DNA from: Anaerohalosphaeraceae bacterium
GTDB lineage: Bacteria > Planctomycetota > Phycisphaerae > Sedimentisphaerales > Anaerohalosphaeraceae
DNA: 64,000 bases
Assembly: GCA_050309605.1 (NCBI GenBank)
Contig: JBNRMN010000067.1
Span: 96,001-160,000 of the forward strand
Direction: 5' to 3'
The notes beneath the pieces were generated by a model. It did no database searches and was not told the origin of the DNA. It saw nothing but the letters and a program-made list of their open reading frames with translations. Shown piece after piece: positions 9,608 through 18,482 of the stretch. The stretch's first letter is position 1. Every line of letters begins with the position of its first letter. A program made the position numbers and the translations under genes.

Positions 9608-12265
9608 TTAATCCTGTGGGATGACCCGCGCAAATCCGGCGTCAATGTACTGGCCGCCGGTGGTCTGCCGGCAATGAATAGCCATGACATTGGTTCCGAT
9701 TGTCAACGCCTTGCGGGCGGTTTCACTGAGCGGATACGGGTCATAATCGGTGGTAAATCCGCCCAGCTCTGCCACGAAAACGCCGTTGATGTAGATTTGG
9801 GCGTCCTCGTCGTGGTGGACATACAGGTGCAGGTCGTCCGGGATCTCGGTAAGAGTAAATTCCCGCCGCAGCCAGATGTTCGACGTGTTCCATCGTGTTC
9901 GCACGACCGCGCCGGGGGTGCCGCGCGTGCCGAAGCCGCCCGGGCCGGTGCGCCAGCCGGCCGCGGCCGGATCAAAAGCAACTGTGTACCAGTTTTCCGC
10001 CGGGCGGTCGAACACGTAGTGCCATTGCCGGGGTGAATCCATTGATGTGGCGACCGTTTCGATGATTTTCGGCGGATTCGGAATCGCCGACCACGCGCCG
10101 GTCATTGAATCGGCTTGGGCGACCCATTTGTTCCAGATGTCCCGGTCCTGCATCAGACGAATAAAGACGCCGCCGACGACCGGACGTGCGCGAAAACCGC
10201 GCTGGCGGGCATTATGCGTCCAGTACCAGTCCGTCATCGGCACGCGATCCGGCGTCTCGTTGAGAAAGCGAACGACCGGGGCGATCAGTGCCTTAAAGTC
10301 ATCCTGATTGTTGGTAATCGAGGCCGTCCACAGGATCCAGTCCAGTTTTGTATAGTTGCTGCGATTGTCCAGCGGCAGGCCGTAGCGATTCTGCACCCGC
10401 TTGTAATGAGCCATTTCTGTTGTGGCCACCTCTTTCGGGAACAGGTTCAGCTTCAATATGTCGTCCCAGACAAGATTGTACTTCTGACTCCACGTGCCGG
10501 GCCGGTCAAACGCCAGTCGATAATGATCGCCGTCATCGGCCATACGCATCCACTCGTTGACATAGCTTTCTGCGGTTTTACGGTAAAGTTCAGCCGTTTG
10601 GGTCTCGCCCATCCGCTCGGCCAGTTTGGCATACGCGCCCAGGGCGACAATCGCCTTGAGCGACAGGTTGACGTTATGCGCCAAATGGCCCGCAAAGTCA
10701 TCCGTACAAAGCTGGTTTTCCGGATCAAGCCCCTTGCTCTTGAGATACTCGGCCCATTCGGTCAGCGTATCCCAGTACATCCGGGCAAAGGCGATGTCAT
10801 CCTCAGCCTCGACGACCGCCGCGGTCAGCAGGATCATATTGCCGCTTTCCTCGACCGGCATCTGATTTTCCTCGGAGCGTTCTCCGCCGCCGTAGGCCTG
10901 TCCCATGGCGTGCGGATAGGTCCCCAGATCGTGCGGGGCAAACGGAAATCGCCAGCGATCCGAGCGGGCGTATTCAAAGATCGGCGCAAACGAAGCCCTG
11001 GCCAGCGTGGGATTGAGCAGCAGCACCTGCGGGGCAAACGGATAAAACACATCCACCGTCCCCATACACCCGTTGCTGTTGTTTTCCTTGCTGAACATCA
11101 GCGGCATGCCGGTGGTATCGGCGACGATTTTGTTGGCCCCCAGCGCCTGCCGATAGGCCAAGGCGCCGATCAGTTGATAATCGGACCCGCCGCTGCGATA
11201 TAAATCATCCATCAGCGCCTTGTCGAACGCCGCCGCGCGAGCAGCGATGTCTGAATAATCCCGCACAGCTTCTTGCAGAAGCATTTCAGCGGTTTTGCCG
11301 TCGCGTTTCCAAAACGGACGCAGTTGCTGGCCGAAATAAAGTACAGAATAAAGGTCGTCATAAGCCAAAATCACCTGACAGGTTGTGCCGCCGTTGGCCC
11401 CGGGCCGGACCGTGGCCGGGGCCAACATCATTGCCATCACCGGGGCGTTGTCACTGACGCGCCGGGGCATCTGCGTATCGGTTTCAGTCGGCAGGGTGGC
11501 CTCTTGAATAAACGTGCGGCGGGCCAGGTCAGCCGGCGCGATGACGGTATTCGGGGCGTCTTGCGCCGCGGCGGCCAGATAAAAATAGCCCCAGTCGATC
11601 CGCACGTCGTCGCCTTTGCGTCCGAGAACAGGCTGCGCTTCGCTTCCGGCTTTGAGAATTTTCAGCCCACCGGTCTCATATGGCGACCAGACGACCGATT
11701 GACTCGGGTCATTAACGACAATTTCCATCCCTGAATCGATATAGATGCTTACGTCGTGCGACCGGCCGTCCGTTGCGACGCAGGACCAGTTCAGATAGAC
11801 CACCGGACGGCTCATCAGGTCGATATCGTCCGGCAGCGCCGGCTGTAAAAACGTCATATCCACCCGCACGCCCTGTCCTTCGAAGGTATAGACGGTTTGC
11901 GTCGGCAGCACGCGCACAGCGGTTTGCGGCAGGGCGGGCAGCGATTGCGGCTCGACGCCCATCAGTCGAAAGGTCTTGCCGTCGATTCGCACCAGCGAGG
12001 TCAACGGATGCGGCCGTCCCGTCCAGTGGCGGGTTGCATCGCCGTTCAGCGCATCGGCCATGGACCACATGCTGAAATACGGATCGGCGGCCACCAGCGG
12101 TACAGCCGGCGGTCGAAAGGACGGCGAAGGGTCCGCGGCCGGCGAAATGGCGGAGAGTCCCGACAGCAGGACGATTCCGAGGGTCAATACGCCCAACAAC
12201 GTAAAGGGTCGGGGACGCACGGCGGCCACCGTCGCCGGCTCATTTTGTTTTATCCTGTGTGTCAT
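9608..12265 (-). CDS. GtaA/glutaminase-A-like six-hairpin glycosidase-fold protein (DUF4964/5127/4965/1793-type) with a C-terminal galactose-binding-like domain
   Basis: RPPAVPLVAADPYFSMWS, RIDWGYFY, FSKENNSNG...TVDV, MPVEESGNM, QLCTDDFAG, WSQKYNLVWD, ARPVVGG; C-terminal IWLRREF...HHDEDAQIYING; signal peptide; GGAG RBS before ATG 12265. Confidence 0.85.
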   Translation of the reverse strand: MTHRIKQNEPATVAAVRPRPFTLLGVLTLGIVLLSGLSAISPAADPSPSFRPPAVPLVAADPYFSMWSMADALNGDATRHWTGRPHPLTSLVRIDGKTFRLMGVEPQSLPALPQTAVRVLPTQTVYTFEGQGVRVDMTFLQPALPDDIDLMSRPVVYLNWSCVATDGRSHDVSIYIDSGMEIVVNDPSQSVVWSPYETGGLKILKAGSEAQPVLGRKGDDVRIDWGYFYLAAAAQDAPNTVIAPADLARRTFIQEATLPTETDTQMPRRVSDNAPVMAMMLAPATVRPGANGGTTCQVILAYDDLYSVLYFGQQLRPFWKRDGKTAEMLLQEAVRDYSDIAARAAAFDKALMDDLYRSGGSDYQLIGALAYRQALGANKIVADTTGMPLMFSKENNSNGCMGTVDVFYPFAPQVLLLNPTLARASFAPIFEYARSDRWRFPFAPHDLGTYPHAMGQAYGGGERSEENQMPVEESGNMILLTAAVVEAEDDIAFARMYWDTLTEWAEYLKSKGLDPENQLCTDDFAGHLAHNVNLSLKAIVALGAYAKLAERMGETQTAELYRKTAESYVNEWMRMADDGDHYRLAFDRPGTWSQKYNLVWDDILKLNLFPKEVATTEMAHYKRVQNRYGLPLDNRSNYTKLDWILWTASITNNQDDFKALIAPVVRFLNETPDRVPMTDWYWTHNARQRGFRARPVVGGVFIRLMQDRDIWNKWVAQADSMTGAWSAIPNPPKIIETVATSMDSPRQWHYVFDRPAENWYTVAFDPAAAGWRTGPGGFGTRGTPGAVVRTRWNTSNIWLRREFTLTEIPDDLHLYVHHDEDAQIYINGVFVAELGGFTTDYDPYPLSETARKALTIGTNVMAIHCRQTTGGQYIDAGFARVIPQD

Positions 12266-12402
12266 TGTCTTGTGTCTCCATTTACGCAACATGTCGATTT
12301 GATGAGGATGCAAAAGAAAAACGGACGATCCGATAATAAGCGTTTTGAGGCATTCGTCAACGACGATTTTACCGGATTTTTCAAACAAAATCAACAAACC
12401 GC

Positions 12403-12429
12403 TTAAGATGACGCCAATGTCTCCGATAA
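12403..12429 (+). promoter_or_regulatory. Sigma28 (FliA)-type promoter of flagellin 1
   Basis: TTAAGATG-N11-TCCGATAA versus consensus TAAAGTTT-N11-GCCGATAA. Confidence 0.75.
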
Positions 12430-12539
12430 TGTAGGTTGAATCGATACACGAAAACAGTTTTTATCGGATACGCAACGTTCGGGATACGCTTGTCTTGGCA
12501 AGTTAAAAGTTTACTTTTCTAAGTGGTAAGGAGAGTTAT

Positions 12540-13349
12540 ATGTTAGCAATTAAAAACAACATTATGGCAGAAAGCGCAGCGCGTCATTTGGGCAAAAGCT
12601 ATTCCGCCCTGGCTCAGTCGGTCGAACGACTCTCCAGCGGATTGCGCATCAACAGCGCCAAGGATGATGCCGCGGGGCTGGCGGTACGGGAACTGATGCG
12701 GGCGGACATTGCAGTGCTCAAACAGGGCACCCGCAATGCCAATGACGCCATCAGTATGCTCCAGACGATGGAAGGCGCCCTGGCATCCATCGACGGAATA
12801 CTCATTCGCATGAAAGAACTGGCTGAGCAGGCCGCCACCGGTTCCTATTCGGATCAGCAGCGGCGCATCATGCAGAATGAGTTCGAGCAGATGATTCAGG
12901 AAATCGACCGGATTGCCCAAAGCACGGAATTCAACAGCATCAATCTGCTCAATAATGCTTCCGCCCAGGCGGTCATTCACTTTGGTTCGGAAAAGACCAT
13001 CGACATACAGTCCGTCGATGCCCGCGCCTCGGCGCTGGGGGTCAGCAACTTAAGCATCTCGACCGCCTCAAAGGCCCAGTCGGCGCTGTCGGCTGTGACG
13101 GATGCGATTGAACTGAAAGACAGTGCCCGGGCGATGTTCGGGTATATGATGAACCGGTTGGAAAGCACCAGCGAAGTGCTGAGCATTCAGACGGAAAATC
13201 TGATGGCCTCCGAGTCGCGTATCTCGGATGTGGATGTGGCGACCGAGATGGCGGCACTGACGCGAAACCAGGTGCTGGCCCAGGCGGGTATCTCTATGCT
13301 GGCGCAGGCCAACACGATGCCGCAAATGGCGCTGACGCTGCTGAGATAA
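12540..13349 (+). CDS. fliC: Flagellin (minimal, 269 aa)
   Basis: ERLSSGLRINSAKDDAAGLA; SRISDVDVATEM...QAGISMLAQANTMPQMALTLLR. Confidence 0.97.
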   Translation: MLAIKNNIMAESAARHLGKSYSALAQSVERLSSGLRINSAKDDAAGLAVRELMRADIAVLKQGTRNANDAISMLQTMEGALASIDGILIRMKELAEQAATGSYSDQQRRIMQNEFEQMIQEIDRIAQSTEFNSINLLNNASAQAVIHFGSEKTIDIQSVDARASALGVSNLSISTASKAQSALSAVTDAIELKDSARAMFGYMMNRLESTSEVLSIQTENLMASESRISDVDVATEMAALTRNQVLAQAGISMLAQANTMPQMALTLLR

Positions 13350-13483
13350 TTATTTTCAGACTTCTTACCATGATGGCGGGATGGTTCGGCGTGCCTGCGT
13401 CGAACCATCCTCTGTGGTAAGAGCGGTGAGTCTTGTCAATGATGAATTTAATACATAAGAAAACTGGATAAGGAGCAACCATT

Positions 13484-13843
13484 ATGGATGTCGTATCCGT
13501 CTATCAGGAAAACGCCGTGGACACACAAAGCCGAGGTCGCTTGATTGTGATGCTGTATGACGGCGCGATCAAATTTCTTCGTCAGGCCCAGCAGTGTATC
13601 GCGTCCAACGACATTCCCGGCCGCAACCGTTCCATTAACAAAGCCCGCGATATTATCTTTGAATTGAATACCTCACTGAATATGGAACAGGGCGGACGCA
13701 TCGCACAGAATCTGCGTTCGCTGTACAATTTCATTTGGCGTTATCTGGGCGATGCAAATCTGAAAAACGATCCCCGAATGCTTGATAAAGTCATCGGCAT
13801 GCTGGACGATCTGGCCGGGGCATGGCGAAAAATTACCGCTTAA
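13484..13843 (+). CDS. fliS: Flagellin chaperone FliS
   Basis: LIVMLYDGAIKFL...IIFELNTSLNMEQGGRIAQNLRSLYNF. Confidence 0.95.
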   Translation: MDVVSVYQENAVDTQSRGRLIVMLYDGAIKFLRQAQQCIASNDIPGRNRSINKARDIIFELNTSLNMEQGGRIAQNLRSLYNFIWRYLGDANLKNDPRMLDKVIGMLDDLAGAWRKITA

Positions 13844-13872
13844 GATTGTATCTGTCTTTGGAAATTGATCGA

Positions 13873-13901
13873 GGCGCCGCGCATTGTGCGGCGTTTTTTT
13901 T
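13873..13901 (+). terminator. Intrinsic terminator after fliS-1
   Basis: GCGCCGC...GCGGCGT stem followed by a T-run. Confidence 0.85.
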
Positions 13902-14197
13902 GCGCCTGCGATGGTCAGTCGGCAACTGAAAGCTGCATTGTGGCACGACAATACGCCCGCCCGATAAAATCTTTTCGTTCCTTAATGATAGTGTCATTGC
14001 GGTTTCGACCGTTTTGAAAAAGACTCCAAACGGCTCTGTTGTGCCTCGTTTCAGGCCCCATAAGCCCCATGTCATCCGGTTGTGAAAAAATAAATTTTTC
14101 AAAAATTTTTATCTGCCTGTGAATATGCTTTTACTATCGTCCGGCGATGCACTATCGGTCGTTGTCGAAAAGCGCTGATTTCAGCCGTTTTGCAGCC

Positions 14198-14224
14198 TAA
14201 AGAACCCCCTTTTTGCGTCGATAA
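14198..14224 (+). promoter_or_regulatory. Sigma28-type promoter of flagellin 2
   Basis: TAAAGAAC-N11-GTCGATAA. Confidence 0.8.
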
Positions 14225-14329
14225 TGGACAATGGAACGTCGTGTGTGCGACGTTGTCCTGAGTAAAGCGTATCCATTAAAATGTCCTGACAGGGGCACAA
14301 TTTAATTACTTTTTGTTAGGAGTCCAGAA

Positions 14330-15145
14330 ATGTTATCAATCAAAACCAACGTCATGGCGGAAAACGCCACCCGACACCTGGGGCAAAGTTATGGCGCGTT
14401 AGCCAAGTCGATCGAGCGCTTATCCAGCGGTCTTCGAATCAACAGCGCCAAAGACGACGCCGCCGGGCTGGCGGTACGGGAGCTGATGCGGGCGGACATT
14501 GCGGTCCTCAAGCAGGGCACACGCAATGCCAACGACGGCATCAGCATGCTGCAGACAATGGAAGGTGCAATGGCGGTCATCGACAACGCACTGATTCGGA
14601 TGAAAGAGCTTGCCGAACAGGCCGCCACCGGCTCGTATTCCGATATGCAGCGCAACATTATGGAAAATGAGTTCAAGGAGATGATGGCCGAAATCGACCG
14701 TATCGCCGGCAGCACCGAATTCAACAGCATCAACTTGCTCAACAGCAGCAGCTCGGCCAATGCGGCGACGATCCATTTTGGTGTCGGACAGTCCATTACC
14801 GTGAATTCGGTTGATGTTCGTTCTTCGGCGCTGGGCATCAGCAGCTCCAGCATCTCAACCGCCGCCAAAGCTCAATCGGCTCTGGCTTCGGTCACCACCG
14901 CCATCGAGCTGAAGGACAGCGCCCGGGCGATGTTCGGCTATATGATGAACCGCCTCGAAAGCACCACCGAAGTGCTGGGTATTCAGACGGAAAATATGAT
15001 GGCCTCCGAATCGCGCATCTCGGATGTGGATGTGGCGTCCGAAATGGCCGCACTGACCCGCAACCAGGTGCTGTCGCAGGCGGGCGTGTCCATGCTGACG
15101 CAGGCCAATACGATGCCTCAGATGGCGCTGAGTCTGCTGCGGTAA
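14330..15145 (+). CDS. fliC: Flagellin (minimal, 271 aa), paralog 2
   Basis: Same conserved N- and C-terminal flagellin motifs; closely similar to 12540..13349. Confidence 0.97.
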   Translation: MLSIKTNVMAENATRHLGQSYGALAKSIERLSSGLRINSAKDDAAGLAVRELMRADIAVLKQGTRNANDGISMLQTMEGAMAVIDNALIRMKELAEQAATGSYSDMQRNIMENEFKEMMAEIDRIAGSTEFNSINLLNSSSSANAATIHFGVGQSITVNSVDVRSSALGISSSSISTAAKAQSALASVTTAIELKDSARAMFGYMMNRLESTTEVLGIQTENMMASESRISDVDVASEMAALTRNQVLSQAGVSMLTQANTMPQMALSLLR

Positions 15146-15315
15146 GGACAAACCCGGCGACCCTAAGACCGTTGGAATAACCGGCAAGACGGTTGCGCCT
15201 TAGCGGGCGCAGCCGTCTTCCGAAGGGCTTGGGGGCTTCGAACACGATCTGATGATTTATAGGCGGTTGTTTAAGGATGACCGTCGCCGACGAATAACGT
15301 CGGGGAGAAGCAGAT

Positions 15316-15675
15316 ATGAACGGATTCGATGCATACCAGGAAACCGCCGTCAGCACCCAAAGTCGCGGACGGCTGATTGTTATGCTGTACGACGGAGCGA
15401 TTCGCTTCCTTCGACAGGCGATTGCCGACATAGAACGCTGCGATTACGCCGCCAAAGGCACCCATATCAGCAAAGCGCAGGATATTCTGTTTGAATTAAA
15501 TTCCGTGCTGGATATGGAGCAGGGCGGACCGATCGCCCAGAATCTGCGCGGCCTCTATAATTTTATGAACAAGCATCTGGCTCAGGCCAATGTTCGAAAA
15601 GATCCGCAGATGATTCGTGAAGTGATCGCTATACTGGAAGAACTCAATCAGGGCTGGCGGGCCATTACCGGCTGA
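15316..15675 (+). CDS. fliS: Flagellin chaperone FliS, paralog 2
   Basis: LIVMLYDGAIRFL...ILFELNSVLDMEQGGPIAQNLRGLYNF. Confidence 0.95.
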   Translation: MNGFDAYQETAVSTQSRGRLIVMLYDGAIRFLRQAIADIERCDYAAKGTHISKAQDILFELNSVLDMEQGGPIAQNLRGLYNFMNKHLAQANVRKDPQMIREVIAILEELNQGWRAITG

Positions 15676-15735
15676 ACCGCGATTTATCCTGTCTGTCGGT
15701 GCGCGTTGTTTTTGCCGATCCTGCAAACTTCAAAG

Positions 15736-15767
15736 CCGTCTTGTGCATAGCGCAAGACGGTTTTTTT
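15736..15767 (+). terminator. Intrinsic terminator after fliS-2
   Basis: CCGTCTTGTGC/GCGCAAGACGG stem plus T7. Confidence 0.85.
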
Positions 15768-16011
15768 ATGAGACGCTTCGACGAAAACGACCGGTTTTTG
15801 AAACGTCATTTGTTGTTTTAATTGAATCGGATCGAGGGTCTTGCCCATTGCGTTGTCTTGCGGGATGTTCTTATCGGACGACAAACGGGGCCGATGGCGC
15901 TTTAAGAAAATCGCCAATCCGACGATTGCCGTGCTTAATCAATGCGGCGATTTGGCCGAACTGACAGGGTATAAAATATGTCTTCTTGTATGATTTACGG
16001 AAAAAATCGCA

Positions 16012-17253
16012 ATGTCAAACGGAGCGGATACCCTTGAAAAACACCATCTGTTCGAAGCGTTTTTGGATACGTTGGAGCAGGTATTTTGCCGGTTTACGTG
16101 TGTTGACGCGGCCATCCGATTGACCTATGTCAGCCGCACCGTCTATGACTGGACCGGCTGTAAACCGACAACATGGGTCACACAGGGGCGCAACTGGCTT
16201 GAATTTGTCCATCCCGCTGAGCGGCAGACACTGTTACATACCCTCGCTCAGGCCCGGGATCGTCGGGAAGGCTTTGTCATCGAATATCGTCTCATCGGCG
16301 ATCCGGTGCGAACGGTTCGTCATACGGCCCGGTATGTCGGCCGGGAACACGACGGCTCGCCTGTTTTCTGGCACGGCTGTCTGGAGGATATAACCGCATT
16401 TCGTCGGGCACAAAGCGACCTTGAACGATCGCAGCTTTTGCAGAATATGGGACGGCTGGCCGCCGGCATTGCCCATGAAATCAATACGCCCATCCAGTTT
16501 ATCGGCGACAATCTGCACTTTCTGACCGAAGCCTGGGAGGCGCTGTGTCTACAATACCGACATCTGCTGCAAATCGTCCGACAGGCGGGACTGGAACCGG
16601 ATTTATCCGCCTCGTCTCAGTCGGATTTGTCGTTTATTCTGACCGAGGCGCCCGATGCGATTCGTCAGAGTCTGGACGGCATTGAACGCATCAGCACACT
16701 GATTTCTGCGATGCGGGATTTTTCGCATCTGGATGAGCGGCGGATGGCGACGGCCAATCTGAACCGGGCGATCAGCAGTGCGCTGACGCTGCTTCGCAAT
16801 GAATTGAAATATACCGTTGAGGTACAGACGGAACTGGATCCTGCGCTGCCGGAGGTGTTTTGCTCGGTCGATGAACTCAGTCAGGCGATTATCAATCTGC
16901 TGATTAACGCCGGCGACAGCATCAGGGAAAAAATTGATAAAGGGCTGTACCGTCGCGGCCGGATTTGCGTACGCACGCAAAAGCAGCAAGAGGCCGTTGA
17001 AATCTCGATTTCAGACGACGGCATGGGAATACCGGCCGCCATTCAGCCGCGTATTTTTGAACGGTTTTTTACGACGAAACGAAATACCGAAGCCAGGGGA
17101 ACCGGTCAGGGACTGGCGATGGTGCAGGCGGTGGTCGAGCGGCGTCATCGAGGGCAATTGACGTTCCACACCGAAGTCGGACGGGGCACCACGTTTGTGC
17201 TGCGGATTCCCATTGGCGGTCCCCCAGAAAGAGAAGGCCGATCATGCGGGTGA
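16012..17253 (+). CDS. Cytoplasmic PAS sensor histidine kinase
   Basis: PAS (WLEFVHPAER, IEYRL), AGIAHEINTPIQF H-box, NLLINAGD, DDGMGI, FFTTK, GTGQGL; no TM helix. Confidence 0.92.
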   Translation: MSNGADTLEKHHLFEAFLDTLEQVFCRFTCVDAAIRLTYVSRTVYDWTGCKPTTWVTQGRNWLEFVHPAERQTLLHTLAQARDRREGFVIEYRLIGDPVRTVRHTARYVGREHDGSPVFWHGCLEDITAFRRAQSDLERSQLLQNMGRLAAGIAHEINTPIQFIGDNLHFLTEAWEALCLQYRHLLQIVRQAGLEPDLSASSQSDLSFILTEAPDAIRQSLDGIERISTLISAMRDFSHLDERRMATANLNRAISSALTLLRNELKYTVEVQTELDPALPEVFCSVDELSQAIINLLINAGDSIREKIDKGLYRRGRICVRTQKQQEAVEISISDDGMGIPAAIQPRIFERFFTTKRNTEARGTGQGLAMVQAVVERRHRGQLTFHTEVGRGTTFVLRIPIGGPPEREGRSCG

Positions 17254-18482
17254 TGTTTGTGGATGACGACCTCAAGGCGCTGGAAGCGCTGCGGCGAATG
17301 CTGTTCGGGCGACGTGACATCTGGCAGATGCGGTATCTGGCCGATCCGAACGCCGCGCTGGAAAGTCTGCAACAGGAGCCGGCGGATCTGGTCATCTCCG
17401 ATTTGCAGATGCCCGAAATGGACGGGATGGTGTTTTTGGATCAGGTGCGCGATCATTTTCCGCAGACGATTCGTTATGTCTTGACCGGTGTGATGGATCA
17501 TCCTTCGCTGGCGCGGGCGCTGCGCTGTGCGCACCATGTCATCGCCAAACCGTGTCGCCCCCCCGAACTGCATGAGGTGATGCAGCGGGCCGAAGCCATT
17601 ATGCAGCGGATGAACAAACTGAAAAAAGCCTCCCTGCTGGCGGGCATGGACCGTCTGCCGGTGATGCCCCGAATTCATCAGCAGGCACTGGAGATGCTCG
17701 ATTCACCGATGGTCAGTCTTCGGGGTCTGGGGCGTCTTCTGGCCGGCGATGCGGGGATGGCCGCGCGTGTGCTGCAGCTTGCCAATTCCGCTTCCATGGG
17801 CCGGTCGGGGGCGGTTCACGATCCGGTTCAGGCAGTGGTGCTCCTGGGCATCAAGACCGCCAAAGCCATGATTCTGACCGACGGACTGTTTGCCCGTCTG
17901 AATCCGCATTTGATCAGGATGTTCGGCGTAACGGAACTGCAATCGCATTGCATTCGCGTCGGCGCACTGGCGCGTCGAATCTGTACGGACTTGAATTTCG
18001 GAACCGAAAAGATCGAAGCGGCAGCCACGGCCGGTATGCTTCACGACGCCGGCAAAATCATAATGCTCTCGCAGCAAAAAGACGTGTTTCTCCAGGCGCT
18101 GGAGCGCTCGCGAAAAGAAGGACGGCCGCTCTTTGAAACCGAACAGGATCTGATGGGCATCAATCACGCCGAATTGGTCGGAGCCATGCTTCAATTGTGG
18201 GTGATGCCGGCGGAAATCATCGAGGCCGCGGCCTGTCATCACCAGCCGCTGGATGCGACCTCGATTCTTTCGGCTTCACACACGCCGACCCTCGCGGACG
18301 TGATCCATCTGGCCGATGCCATTGATCATCGCTTTTGCAGCAGCGGCGTGGACGGCACATCGCCGGAAATGGACGAACAGCGTCTGCGGTTTTTCAATCT
18401 GGCCGAACACATTCCACGCTGGATACAACAGCATATGCAGATTCAGAACAGGAAAACCGTCTATGACTGCCAATACGTGTGA
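17244..18482 (+). CDS. Response regulator, REC + HDOD domain
   Basis: VMFVDDD...ISDLQMPEMDG; LPVMP, VLQLANSA, GMLHDAGK, HAELVGAMLQLW. Confidence 0.92.
   Translation: MRVMFVDDDLKALEALRRMLFGRRDIWQMRYLADPNAALESLQQEPADLVISDLQMPEMDGMVFLDQVRDHFPQTIRYVLTGVMDHPSLARALRCAHHVIAKPCRPPELHEVMQRAEAIMQRMNKLKKASLLAGMDRLPVMPRIHQQALEMLDSPMVSLRGLGRLLAGDAGMAARVLQLANSASMGRSGAVHDPVQAVVLLGIKTAKAMILTDGLFARLNPHLIRMFGVTELQSHCIRVGALARRICTDLNFGTEKIEAAATAGMLHDAGKIIMLSQQKDVFLQALERSRKEGRPLFETEQDLMGINHAELVGAMLQLWVMPAEIIEAAACHHQPLDATSILSASHTPTLADVIHLADAIDHRFCSSGVDGTSPEMDEQRLRFFNLAEHIPRWIQQHMQIQNRKTVYDCQYV

Noticed and set aside
13941..13957. TGGCACG as a possible sigma54 promoter upstream of fliC-2
   Set aside because: No GC at the -12 position (reads TGGCACGACAATACG); the sigma28 match nearer the gene is much better
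15271..15297. Possible sigma28 promoter for fliS-2 (TTAAGGAT-N11-ACGAATAA)
   Set aside because: The -10 deviates from CCGATAA and there is no equivalent before fliS-1; too weak to call
18316..18462. N-terminal extensions in the ORF track (also 12266-12397, 23966-24166, 31441-31602, 41672-41779, 47259-47387, 54236-54493, 62035-62319)
   Set aside because: They overlap neighbouring genes or promoters and lack homology cues; downstream starts have an RBS, promoter or signal peptide
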